A DNA stretch of 64,000 nucleotides from Monocercomonoides exilis PA203 (taxonomy: Eukaryota > Protista > Preaxostyla). The position numbers and the translations under genes are program-made. The DNA lies in NCBI GenBank assembly GCA_001643675.2, contig LSRY02000028.1:1-64000 (forward strand), in the 5' to 3' direction. Positions within the stretch are counted from its first letter, which is position 1. Each line of letters starts with the position of its first letter. Shown piece after piece: positions 51,185 to 63,925 of the stretch. The notes under the pieces were generated by a model, which was given only the letters and a program-made list of their open reading frames with translations, ran no database searches and was not told the DNA's origin.

Positions 51185-51244
<60 letters not shown>
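51185..51244 (+). repeat. Poly(A) tract (45 nt) followed by (GAAAA)3
   Basis: Seen directly. Confidence 0.95.
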
Positions 51245-51246
<2 letters not shown>

Positions 51247-51330
51247 TAATATATTTTGTTGAATTACTCAAAAGTAAATAAATGTGACATTTTTGTTAAA
51301 AATTAGACGTCAATAAAACTTCCAAAAAAC

Positions 51331-51631
51331 ATGGGTGATTATTTTTGCAATAATATTTCTTTTATCAAAATTTTCGGTTTGAAAATTTTCATTGAAGAGA
51401 GAGAAATAAACACTGATTAGAAATGACTCCTTTCAAAAATATTTTTTTGTTAATTTTTTCTCTGATATAGTCTTATGAAAGAATAAAACCTCTCCAAATA
51501 AAAGAAACATTTGAAGAATGAACACCCCGTTATAAATTATGGTTTCATAATTAATCTCACATAAATGTCTTTTTTCTTCAAAAATTCAAATGGGATGAAA
51601 TTTTTTGCTTTATGAATTTTTTCCCACACTG
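51331..51631 (+). mobile_element. Diverged relic related to the 23702-25022 MITE
   Basis: GGTGATTATTTTTG..TCAAAATTTTCGGTT..AATGAACAC is colinear with 24690-24910. It ends CCACACTG followed by TA (Tc1/mariner-like end). Confidence 0.55.
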
Positions 51632-54349
51632 TATTTTCAAATAATTGTTCAAATATAATTTTTTTTAGAAATAATTTTGATTCGTCATGTTTTATTTAAT
51701 ATTATGTGAGTGTTAATAATAGTTGACACTTTAAATAGTTGTGGACAGTGGAATTATCTCAACTACTATTGATCGTTGCATTTTGACAAAAACCAAACTA
51801 TTTCCTCATTGAACATAAACAAATGATACTAATGTCAATGAAACAACTTGCTTCCTCGAATGAAAAGAATGAAATTATTTTTCGGAGAAACTCGGAGAAT
51901 CTTATTTCTCCAGTTTCTCCGAAAAGAAAAAATAATAATGATGAAACATCACTGTGTTGGATAAATCATTCAAACAATTCATATCAGTTCATATTCAATG
52001 AGGAAATAGTTGGGTTTTTGTCAAAATGCAACGATCAACGGTTGTTGAGATTTCTTTACTGTCCGCAGTTATTGAAAGTGTCCATTAATATAATAGTTAG
52101 GGAAAAAACCCTGTTCAGGGAAAAAACCTTTGCACAGCAGCAAAACAGATAGATTTTTAAACATGGACTAAAGAGATAGTGTTCTTACGTTAAAAGACGT
52201 TATTCTTTAAGGTGATTTTATGTGTTTTTTCGAAAAAACAACACAAAAATGGAAAAAATGATCAGGATGTTTTTCACTCACATGACAACGCATTTTCACT
52301 TTTCATATTGACATTTTTTATTTGATTTGATTGTAATTTTATTCATTGACAATTGATCACATTTAATTCTTCAATTATTGTAATTAATAAAAGCTGCAAT
52401 TGAAGTGTCAAAACATGTTATGAAGTGAAACACGAGATGAAAAACATAAATGAATTGGGATTTCTTTTCATTATTGTTCAAAAAAATGAAAATTACCATA
52501 GAAAAACATTAAAGTGACATGATAATGAAGAAGAATTTCAAAAAGTCACGATCATGAATAAACACAATTGAAAACTTCTAAATAAAAGTACCATCAAATT
52601 CACAGAAACAAATACAAACCATTTTCCAATTGCGAAAGACGAATATCTTTTTTTGTAAAGAAACTGAAAATCGTGAACATGAAACAAGTTACAGACACAT
52701 TTTATGGTTCCTTTTCCCATAATAAGAAACTCAATACACAAAAATTCACAGAATTCATTGATTATTTAAGCAACAATATTCAGTACTTCGAAAACAACTT
52801 CAATCAATAGATATGTGTGTTTATATCAAAAAACGAACTCATTGAAGGTTTTATTATTTTCTTTTATTTTCAAATATTATTTTTGCGTTCCTTGAAACGT
52901 AGTGTTCTGCATTCGAAAATGCACCGATCGCTATGTGAAAACAAAGCAAAAAAGGCATTGTTTGACAAAGAAATGAAAAGGCTGTTATCTAAAGATAGAT
53001 ATTCAGATTTTTGCTTAACGGAGAAATGAAGGAGCGACTTGATTCATGTGAGTGTTCATTCATGTTTTCTATGAGAACATTGTGCCATCTGTGAAGACAA
53101 ATAATTTTAATGCAAAATGAGCGAAGTGAGCAACATTGGTGCATTAACAATTTCCAGAAGTTAAATCCTAGCTGCTGTGATGTCAACAACATCATTCGTT
53201 TTATCTCACCGGTTTTCTTGGAAAGAGTTTGAAGCTATTCATTCAACAATGTTTTTAATAGGAGAGTGAGGAGGCAAGTTAAATGAAGTGCATATTTTGA
53301 CCGAGAAATATCGTAATCGACGAATCACATCGAAAGAGAGGACAAAGCAATTTCCGAATTCACGAAGTCTATTTTACGGAACTCCAGCAAATGAAATGTT
53401 CGCTCATGGCAACAAAATATTCCATCCTTGTTTGTGAAAGCTATTGAATTGTTTATTGAATAATCAATTTGCTTTTCAATAATTGTGTATGGGGCAATCT
53501 TCACCAAAAAAGAGAGCCGAAGAGATATAAATGAATTGCAAGTGGTAGAAATGCTCTTTTAGAAGAAGCAAGAATAGATGGGGTCTTCTGTAAGACAAAT
53601 ACAGCTTCATATTAAAGAAAACAATACAAATTTGAATAATGCCAATCAACGAAAATATTTGGAGGAGTGATAGCTACTATGAAAGTCAAAGCTATATGTG
53701 TTCATTAAAGTGAAAATTTCAGTTAATTCGTGCATTCTGTGTGGTGAAATAATGAGAATCATAATCATCAAATAATTGCAGTTGAATATCACATGTGAAA
53801 CTTCAAGGAATACAAAAGGTTTTTCAAAGGAGGAAGTATTTATTTGGATAACAAAGGATGTAGATTTAGTCAAGCAAAGTGATTTGTATATTCTTTAATT
53901 CAACGATATAGCAATTCTCGAGTGTCAATTATTGAGAACGACATATGAAAATTTCCGATTCTTCAATGAACACTCTCTTAATTTTTTATGTGAAAATTTT
54001 AGAGTCAGTCCATTTTTGACATAAAACAGTAATATCCTTTCGAGTGAAATGATGTTTGTTAAGTGCAAGGTCAAGGAAAAAGAGGAAACAGCACGAACGA
54101 TACTTTCGAAAACCAAAGATCTGTATTTTTAAATAAGATTGAGAGCATCGATGCAACTTTCGACTTATGATTGGATAATTTATCCACTTTAGATGCTCAT
54201 ATCAATCAGCATGTATTTCACCTTCATATAAATTAACAAAAAGAACAACAAACCATGGACTCGACAAAATAAATGAAGATCCATCAAAGTTCAATTTAGC
54301 CTGCTGGGTTGAAAAAGTTATTTCCTGTATTGTTGGTAATAATATTTTT

Positions 54350-57300
54350 TTATTGCCAGAGTTCAGAACTTTCATCGGATTCATCAGAAAAGTTGTACTC
54401 GAAATCTTCACTTTTTTTCTTCATTTCAACAATCGAACGAGTACAATAAATCTTCACGTTATCGCAAGACTCGTCTGTGGCTTCAGTGTTTGTTTCATCA
54501 ATTGTTTCGTTATACTCACTATCAGTGTAATGTTTTTTCTTCCATTTCGTAATTCTTTTTTTCCTGCTTTCAATCTTTTTTCTGTTTTTCTTTTTTTCAG
54601 ATTTTTCGCTATTATCTGATATTCTGGATTCTTTTTCATCACTAATATTATCATCTTTCTTCTTTATTTCTTCAACTTCGTTCAAACTTTCATCTCCATT
54701 TTTTTCATTGTTGAATAATGGAATGGTGACAACATAATCCTCACCATCTTGTGAATCTGTTTCTTCATCCTCACTGTCAGATTGCGTGGAATCACCGATT
54801 TCTGTTGCGCAATCTATATTTCCTTCATGAGAAAAATAAGAGGTTTGCATTCTGTTTTCAGTTTTTGATTGCTTATAACAATTTGACTTTTTATTGCACT
54901 GTTTGCAATTTTTCTTTGTTATCTTTTTTCTTCTATTCACTCTTTCAGATAATTCTGCCTCAAGCTTTTTCTCACCAAATTGCTTCCATTCTTCCAAAAT
55001 ATTCGGAGAAGTTATGCATTTCCCGGAAATGGACCATCGGTTTGTTTTTTTTGTTGGCTTAATGTTTGGAGGAAGTTCCTTTATTGTTTTTGACAGAACA
55101 TGTTGTATTGAAGGCGAAGTGATTCCCGCTTCTGAAAACCCGTGTCGAATTGTTCTTGGAGCCAAAGCAGGATAAGTGCAATCAGCAATGGATTTGACAA
55201 ACGTTAAAAAGTCTGTTTGAATGTTTTTTATCGATGGTTCTTTGCATACGTGTTTTAATTCTTTTTTTAAAACTCCGTTGGGGCCTAGGTCCAAAGGTTG
55301 CAGTAGATGCGATGTATGCGATGGGAGAACAACCACATCCACACCTTCCTCCGATAGCTTTTCCCAGAGATGTCTGTTGCGCCGAGATGAATGTCCATCC
55401 AAAATGAGAAGAGCTGGAAGTCTTGAATCATGTGAAATCATTGTGTGTTGATCTTTTTGATGATCATTATTTAATCTTTTGTTTTCTTTGTCTGTAATTT
55501 CTTCTATGCATTGTTGATTAGAACTCACATTAAGGTATCCTCCATGAAACCACCACTCATAACAACCGTCAACATTCGTTTGTTCGAAAAGTCTTTGGGA
55601 TTCAGTCGAAGATATCCCAGAATTACAGTCATCTTCATATTCTTCTTTTGTGAAAATGAATCCGTTATCATCAAATTGCATTAATTCGTATTCACACTCT
55701 TCTTCTTCTTTATTATCATGAGAATAGATGTTTTTAATATTATTAAAATGCGAGGACGATGTGGCTGAAGAGAGAGGTGAGGATGATGAGGCTGAAGAGA
55801 GAGGTGGGGATGATGAGGCTGAAGAGAGAGGTGGGGATGATGAGGCTGAAGAGAGAGGTGGGGATGATGAGGCTGAAGAGAGAGGTGAGGATGATGAGGC
55901 TGAAGAGAGAGGTGGGGATGATGAGGCTGAAGAGAGAGGTGAGGATGATGAGGCTGAAGAGAGAGGTGAGGATGATGAGGCTGAAGAGAGAGGTGAGGAT
56001 GATGAGGCTGAAGAGAGAGGTGAGGATGATGAGGCTGAAGAGAGAGGTGGGGATGATGTGGCTGAAGAGAGAGGTGAGGATGATGAGGCTGAAGAGAGAG
56101 GTGGGGATGATGTGGCTGAAGAGAGAGGTGAGGATGATGAGGCTGAAGAGAGAGGTGAGGATGATGAGGCTGAAGAGAGAGGTGGGGATGATGAGGCTGA
56201 AGAGAGAGGTGGGGATGATGTGGCTGAAGAGAGAGGTGAGGATGATGAGGCTGAAGAGAGAGGTGGGGATGATGAGGCTGAAGAGAGAGGTGGGGATGAT
56301 GAGGCTGAAGAGAGAGGTGGGGATGATGTGGCTGAAGAGAGAGGTGGGGATGATGAGGCTGAAGAGAGAGGTGGGGATGATGAGGCTGAAGAGAGAGGTG
56401 GGGATGATGAGGCTGAAGAGAGAGGTGGGGATGATGTGGCTGAAGAGAGAGGTGAGGATGATGAGGCTGAAGAGAGAGGTGGGGATGATGAGGATGAGAG
56501 TTGTGGTGGGTGTGAAGATTTATTTGATTCATTTGATGATAATGAATCAAAATTTTTAAAGTCATATATTTTATCTTTTGTTGTACTCGTGATATTTGAG
56601 TCGCATGTTATGTCAGTTGCGTTTGAATTTTTTTTTGGTTTGACATGTTTAAAATGGGTTGTTGAAGTTGAAGATTGATGTGTATAAAGATGATTATTTA
56701 TTTTTTCAATTTTTCTTCGTTGTGTTGTGATGTATTCCATTACATTGTTCAGTATAATTTCTTCAAATAATTCTGCTGTCATCCATCCTTTTGTTGTTGA
56801 ATGTAGAATAAAATTATCATCGTACCATTGCTGTTTAATTTCTTTTTCATATTTTGTCGTGAGGATGAGATGAGTTGGAAGATGCCCTCCATCGGCAGTG
56901 ACGATAAATAAAAGCGTCAAATGTCTAAGTGGAGGGACTTCCAGCACTGGGAGAAATGAACATATTTTCGAGACAATTTTTTTCTGTTTTGTTTTTTCGT
57001 CTATTTGGCAACTTGTTTCGTCAAGTTGCAAAATAAGTGATGGATGATATTTTTTAATAAACATTAATCGTCGAAGATTTATCAAAAACGTTTTTATATT
57101 CGTTTCTATTGAAGCCCTCAATCGGGCAATATCCAAATTTATTGGATTAATTGTTTTCAGTTGTTTGTGTCGATTGACGAAATTTCTTGCCCACTTCACA
57201 CTTGGCATTTCAACAAACTCAACTGTTTCTAATTTCCTTTTCATTCTAATTCTGTAAGCCTTTGTTTTCAATTAATAAAAAAAGAAAAAAATAAATAAAT

Positions 57301-57568
57301 AATCACAAACCAATAATGGAATCGTTTCAAATGTTGGTTGAGTAGTAACATCGCTCCAATTGATAATTTGGAGAACAAGCTCTTCTTCTTCTTCTTCAGT
57401 TAAATATGAAGGTCTTCCGTTTTTTCTTTTTTCCAATCCACGCTTTGTCATTTTTTTAGCCCTTAAGTTTTGAAAGTATTCCTTTCTATTTTTGTATTTT
57501 GCAGAATTTGTTTTCGATTCTAATTTATCCTTAAAAGATTGGAAAAAAATTCGACAAGGCGAAGTCAT
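54350..57568 (-). CDS. pogo/Fot1-like DD35D transposase (CENP-B-type HTH plus DDE_1) with a large in-frame insertion
   Basis: GRPSYLTEEEEEELV, then phase-0 intron 57260-57310, PSVKWARNFVNRH, LQLDETS, KGWMTAELF and LLILDGHSSR...LPSHTSHLLQPLDLG (35 residues between D2 and D3). The reading frame is open throughout. Confidence 0.92.
55752..56492. repeat. Minisatellite of 27 x 27 bp plus a partial unit, encoding SS(P/S)PLSSA(S/T) in the transposase
   Basis: Unit G(A/G)GGATGATG(A/T)GGCTGAAGAGAGAGGT; only two positions vary recurrently. Confidence 0.97.
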
Positions 57569-57797
57569 TGCTATTTTTGAGAAATGTTATGGTTCAGAAA
57601 ACCATAAATTATATTTATTTCGAAAAAAAACTGAAAATATACCTAATAAAGTTCAAATTGAGCAGAAAAAAATGAATATTAGTGATGTGCAAAGTTATTT
57701 AATAATTATGAGACCATGTGCACAAGTTTCGTATTTTGTGCGGGTTTTTTCCCTAACTATAATCACTAACAATAAAAAATTTTTTTCCGATTCTTTC

Positions 57798-60700
57798 GGC
57801 ATAGGTCTGAATTGTACCATTTTGTTGAAGCCACAAAAAAATTTGAAATTTATTTATTATTAATTGTTATTATTTAATGAAACTCAAATCGATCGGAATG
57901 AAGCAAAATAATAATGTTGAAAAACTACATGAAAATTTAGTGATCGATACACCACAATAAAATTTAATTGTGATCTGTTCCACTATAAAATGATTTCTTT
58001 ATTTTTTAAGGTGTTTTTTCACTTCATTGCTTATTTTAAGTTTCATGTTTGAAAACATACGTTTTTAATTTTTATTATCAGATGAATTTTTGATTTTTAT
58101 TTTATAGATATTAGCTTATGAATGAATCTGTTGAAGTTGATCATTATTTCAATGTATCATATAAATGCATGTGAACAAGGAAGATCATTTCGTTCACTAG
58201 ACGAATTCGTTCACAGGGTGTGTGTGGAATGGAACAAAAACCACTGGGACAAGTGGATCTTATACAGATGGAGTTTCGAGTGGAGGTGCGATTAAAATGA
58301 ATGATCTGGCAGCTGGAACACTTTCAGTGAAATTTTGTTCGTTCAATGACTGCTATGCGCATTATGATGGTGGAGGAATTATGTGCTATTCAATCAATTC
58401 AATCAAGATTGAGAACAGCTCATTCAATGCATGTACTGCTCAAACAGATAATGGAGGAGGGATGTATGCCAGGTCTATTTCATCATGTGTCAGGATCAGT
58501 GGTTGTGAATTCCAGAAATGCAAAGCAAGTTATGATGGAGGAGGACTTTTTCTTAATTCTTTTCAGGTTTCTGGATCTTCGTGTATTGGAACGGAAAGTG
58601 GCAAAGGGGAAAGCGCTTGTGTGTTTGAGTGCTCATTCACTTCGTGTTCTCTTACAGGTTCAAGTGGCGGAGGGATGTATTGTGTTACTGTTCCTGAAAA
58701 ATTCAAAATGAGGAGCCTCCAATTTATTTCGTGCGACGCATCGTCATATGGAGGAGGATTGTGTTTTGCTCCAAGTCAATCAACAGCTCCAAGCAACAAT
58801 CTTTATTTTTATTTCTTCTTCTTCCACGATTGCAGATGCACAACCACTTCCACTCCATATGGCCATGATGTGTATTTTGAAGATGATAACAACCTCTTTT
58901 CGTCAAGCAATCCGTTCTATGAATCGTACACAACGAATAGCAATGAGAAGAGAGTGTGCTATGAATATTATAATGGAAGCAGTTGGAAATATCAGCATAC
59001 AGAAAAGAAGGAGTGGTTGAAGGAAGGGATGAAAGATAGATATGTTGGGGTGAGTGGAGATGATTCGAACAATCTGTGTGGAATGAGTGAGGCAGCGCCG
59101 TGCAAGACAGTGGGGCATGCAGTGGGGTCGAGCATGGCGCAGCTGAGCTCGACAATCACAGTGCTGGGTGGGAGGCATGTGAGTGAAGGAACAACGATCA
59201 GTGTTGGGGAAAAGATGATTTCTGTTATTGGGAGAGGGAAAGCGGTGAGTGTGATTGGGACGAGTGCGCTTTCGACTTCTTCGTCAACGCTGTTCAGCAT
59301 ATCTTCTGGTCAACTGGAGGTGGGGCATGTGGGGATCGATCACAACGCAACAAGAAGTCCATCGCCGAGTGTGTTTGTGGTGTCTGTGGGGAGCGGGACT
59401 CTTTCGCTGGAGGATGTGGTGATCGACTCTTCGACATCAGGAGGAAGTGGAATGACGAAGCGTGTGTTTGATGTGGTACTGATGCAGTTGAAGACGATTG
59501 ATGTTGAGATAAAAAAGCAATTTAACCGCATCTCCTCAAAGACTGAGTTGTCAACTCAAAGGGAACCGTAGTCAAAACCTGATCCTGGAGTTTGCTATTA
59601 CAAAAACGAAAAGTGCTTTTTTTTCTTTTAATTAATATTCTTTGCTCATTTATTGAACTTTTTTTTTTCATTTTTTAAAAAAAGAATACTTTTAAAATCA
59701 CAAAATGTAAGAATTAATGTTTTCTTCAAAAATGAACTTTCAAAAATTCGTAACAAGATCCAAAACAAGAACAAAACAAAACATTTATGTGAAAAATTCA
59801 TCAAACATGGAGCAAACATCAAGTGAATAAAAGAAAAAACGAACAAAAATGTGCAAGCCCAGAATGGTTTTGAATAAAAAAAAAACCAACAATTTGAATG
59901 AGAAAAACCCGAGAACACAGAGATTGAAATCTCTCAAAACATCACAAAACAATTTGCTGTGAATTTTCGAAGACAGACCCATCCCCTTTGTTCATAGCTC
60001 AATTCTTATGCCCCCTTTCCTTCTTCTTCCCTCTCTTCTTTCAACAAGATCCACACCCTCCATATGTTCTCCATCTCCCTCTTCTTTCCTCTCCCTTCCA
60101 ATAAAAAAAACTGCCCCTCGACCTCACTCAACAAACACATCTGCTCCATCAGCCATATGCTTATCCAGCATCCTTTCCTCCGCTTCATCCTCACTCCCCA
60201 ACAGCCTGCCACTCACCATCTTCTCTCATTTCTTCTGTCTGTTTTTCCCATCCTTTCTGCTCCAAAACACATCGTATCTGTCACCTCCTTCAACATTGCC
60301 AACAACATTGCCAAGCGTGTAATCATCAAACCTGCAAACGCTCCTCACCCCATTTCATTTTCCCATCGCAACATCTGCAATCCGCAATTCTGCTCCGTCA
60401 TCTTCTTCGCCCGACTTTCCATTAATACCAAGCTCAATAACCAAGCTCAAGAATTTTTGACTAACTTTTTCTAACACTCCGCGCCTTCCCATTCCTTCCT
60501 TCAGTCCCAGATTCGCTGCACATTCAAATCTCAGTCCATTTACTTTTATTCTATTCATCTTCCTTAAACACCTCTGAAAAAAAAACATCCAACTGCATAT
60601 TTCTTCTTATTCCCATTTGTTTCCCTCATTTCGTTTGATCCATCAATCATTTTATATATTCCTTAATTCATTCTACTCATTCATGCTTCTCAAATCCTTT

Positions 60701-61300
60701 CCAAAACAGCGGTTCTTTCCTTTCCAACATTACCATCGCGTTCATGAACAAAGAAATGTAGGTTGCATTTAAAATCGAAACTTTTTTCGGAAGCCAAATG
60801 CAAAATAAATGTTTCAATATAGAAACAACAAAAATAATAATAGATTTTTTATAATCTTTAATATCAATAAAAATTTATAAATATACCATTAGATATGCAT
60901 TCATCAACTTGTATTTTGTATTTCTTCGTTTTTATTAACAAATTATAATGTTTAAGCGGATATATCGCGTATTTGCCGATTCAGAAAGAATAACGATTGA
61001 TAAGAATATATGACACTTGTCTTTCCATTTTAAGCACAATAAATTAAACCTTTTCTTCAAATATAGCATTGAAAAATCGTTTAAAACTCCACAAAGTCTT
61101 TAAATTGAACAATAAATATCTTGCCTTAAAAAAGAAAATATTATGGGACAGTGATCACTAAATTTTCATGTAGTTTTTCAACATTATTATTTTGCTTCAT
61201 TCCGATCGATTTGAGTTTCATTAAATAATAACAATTAATAATAAATAAATTTCAAATTTTTTTGTGGCTTCAACAAAATGGTACAATTCAGACCTATGCC
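57798..61300. mobile_element. 3.5-kb non-autonomous TIR element (Merlin- or MULE-like ends) with captured host-gene fragments
   Basis: 148-bp TIRs at 57798-57945 and 61153-61300 with GGC...GCC termini and an exact 8-bp TSD ATTCTTTC (57790-97 and 61301-08). No transposase inside. Confidence 0.92.
58201..59512 (+). pseudogene. Captured internal ectodomain fragment of the giant surface-protein family
   Basis: WNGTKTTGTSGSYTDGVSSGGAI...GHDVYFED...TIDVEIK is colinear with WNGSKTTGTSDSYSDGKSSGGAI...GHDIYYED...MVGVEII of the 41661-50846 protein. It is truncated at both ends, and the frame stays open to a stop at 59571. Confidence 0.9.
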
Positions 61301-61952
61301 ATTCTTTCAATCTTGAATAAAAAATTTCAATTCAAAAAAATGTTTTGCGTATAAACTTAAAATAAAATTTGATTAAATAAAAAATGAGAAGTGGTATATA
61401 ATTACAAATATTTTTTTCTTATTACTCAGAAAAAATACTCAGACAGAGAAAATAATGAATATGGGACGAAATATTTTACATTGTGAATTTTGTTCCACAC
61501 AGTTCTTTCAAGATTTTTCTAAACTTTTTAATATTTCAACATTCAATATAACACAACGATGTCAGTTTTGTAATTATACGATTGCAAAAAAAGTTTGGAA
61601 CAAATTATAATATTATTCATAAATGAAAGAATTCTGTCACATATTTAAACATTTATTCATTGTTTTCATATGAAGCTTTGAGTTAACTTCGAGCTTGCAT
61701 TATGACATAGCTAATTGCTCTTTTAAGTGTCAAGTTAATAAAAAAATCTGATGAATAAGTTTTTTTATTTTTCCAACCTTTGATTTCAAAACGGATCGGA
61801 CATATTTTTATTCATGTTATTTTGCTTTCTTTAAATTGAGAAATGTTGAGTTATCGATTATTTCTTCATATTGAAACAATTATTTTTTTTTACGATGGAT
61901 AAAAAAAAATTCAATAACTTTATTTCTTCGAAAACAAAAAAGCAAACATAAT

Positions 61953-63476
61953 TCATTTAATAAAAATCCCAAATATAAGCAACATAACGAAAATTGCAAG
62001 AAAGCATTTGATGATTAGTCCGCGGCGTGATGCAAATTTTCGCTTAGCCTTTTCAAGTGCAGATATTGAAGCATCCATGTTTTCAGTTGTCTCATCAAGA
62101 TTTGCATCAATTCTGATAAGTTCCCATTCGGATTTAGTGAATAAATAGAAACAATATAGGAAATTTTTAAATAAGTATTACTGTTACAAAAAATTTTTTT
62201 GATGCACACAATTGAAGACTTTCTCTCTGTTGAGTCAGAAGATGACCCAAATCCTGAAACATGGTGCTTATTTCACTCATGGCCCGGTGTACCATATTCA
62301 AAGACTATTTAAAAAAAAAAGATAATTAAGAAGAAATTCATTCATTTCTTCATTAATATAAAATCATTTGACATACAGCTGTTCTTTCATCATGTCTTCT
62401 CTCGGTAATCAGAGGAGCATAATTTTCATCTAACAGTCGCATTCAAACAAATAAATATTCATCAAAAATTAATATTTCACATTTGACTTGTATTCAAAAT
62501 TCCATTGTAAACAAACCAAGTCCATTATTGTTCCATTTTGCATCATCGTCCTCTGCCATGCTGCTGTTGAAACGCTGAGTGGGTATTTGTTTTTGATTTG
62601 AATGACGTGGTAAATTGAATGATGTGGATGCTGATGAAGTGACAGAAGAAGAAGAAGAAGAAGAAGAAGTGGAGGAGGAAAGGACAGGCGTTGGCTCATC
62701 AAATTCATCTTCAAACCTACGATGTTTTAAGTTCAAACAAATTGCAAGAGATTTATTATTATCAAAAAGAAATTTACCATACTGAATTTTGTGAGATCCT
62801 TCTTTGTGAAGCATACATAAGAAAATAAGCAATAAACTTAAAAATTTATTCAAAAATACTAAATTACATACTTCGTCTTGGAATAGCAACGTCTTCAGTT
62901 CCCATGAACAGATTTCGTCGTTCAGCCCTTTGTTGTAAGTACTTCAAAAAATAATAATAAACAAAAAAGAACAATAAAATTTGCATACTTCAGCGTGCTC
63001 CTTCAACTGTGATTGAAAAGCTCTTGTTAAATCTTGAGTTACACTTGCCAAATCCTCAACAATTGCTTTTGAATGATTCTGAAAAAAAAAATGAAAATAT
63101 GGTGAGTATTCTTGAATGACTCAATGCACACAATTGTGGAAGCATTCATTGATGCGTTGCTAAGAAGTTGATTGATTCGAGCTATTTCTCCAGAAATATC
63201 TTGCATGTCTGTCTGAAAGCTCGCAGAAAGAAGGTCGATTTGAGACTCATTTTCATCAAACAAATCTTTTCTTTTGGAAAGTTCATTAAGATGGGAAAGT
63301 TTTTTAAGGCACTGTGCTGTTTTTCCCTGAACAGTTTTTGCTCTCTGTAAAATCTGCATATATTTCGGATCAATTTTTCTGTTTTTCTTTTGCAATGAAA
63401 CGGACTTTCTCTGAGGAAGTGGTTTTTTGGCTTCATTTTCTTGCACAAGATCGAAAAAGCGTGAAGTGATATCCAT
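61953..63476 (-). CDS. STX5: Syntaxin-5/Sed5-like Qa-SNARE (multi-exon)
   Basis: MDITSRF N-peptide; Habc KKLSHLNELSKRKDLFDENESQIDLL..HSKAIVEDL..LTRAFQSQLKEH; SNARE end NLDETTENMDASISALEKAKRKFASRRGLIIKCFLAIFVMLLIFGIFIK* with a C-terminal TM anchor. Confidence 0.8.
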
Positions 63477-63652
63477 TAGATTTTCCAAATAGCGAAGCTG
63501 AAAAAATAAAGTAATTATTTATGGTTCTTCTTCATACTTTTTGTTTTGACTTTTATTGATATTAAATTATCATTTTTAAGTTGATAACAGAATAATTTTT
63601 GATTTTTCGTTATTCGATTAAAAATATCAAGGGCATTTTGATCAAGTGATAA

Positions 63653-63925
63653 ATGTCGGAGAAACAAAAGGCACCAGAGACACAACGAACGCAACCTCAT
63701 CTTGTTTCTTTGGAAGATGACGATGAATTTGAAGAATTTGAGGGAGGTTTATTGATTATAAACATTTATATTGCTTTAGTTCGTGATTTTGATTTTTCAG
63801 ATTTTTCGGCTCCAACCGCTGACATAGACGCTGGAGAGTGGCAAGACGAATGGGACGAAGAAAATCCAGATGATGCATTTGCAATTCACATTCGCGAAGT
63901 TTCAGCTGCTCACAAGAAGTCGTGA
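63653..63925 (+). CDS. SEM1: 26S proteasome subunit SEM1/DSS1
   Basis: LEDDDEFEEF ... WQDEWDEENPDDAFAIHIRE, with one in-frame intron at ~63747-63800. It is divergent from the syntaxin gene across ~175 bp. Confidence 0.93.
   Translation: MSEKQKAPETQRTQPHLVSLEDDDEFEEFEGGLLIINIYIALVRDFDFSDFSAPTADIDAGEWQDEWDEENPDDAFAIHIREVSAAHKKS

Larger units (their letters stand above)
52094..57759 (-). mobile_element. 5.7-kb pogo/Fot1-like (IS630-Tc1-mariner) DNA transposon
   Basis: Inverted termini TAGTTAGGGAAAAAACCC (52094-52111) and GGGTTTTTTCCCTAACTA (57742-57759). The TSD can be read as TA (element 52096-57757) or TAA. It encloses the DDE_1-type transposase. Confidence 0.8.

Noticed and set aside
52096-52102. 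TTAGGG inside the pogo TIR as a telomeric signal
   Set aside because: It is a single hexamer with no tandem array.
55681-56678. Long alternative-frame ORFs (PHHPHLSLQ, DDEAEERG and MMRLKREV repeats) and a possible CRISPR-like array
   Set aside because: These are by-products of a stop-free 27-bp tandem repeat. The units are contiguous with no unique spacers.
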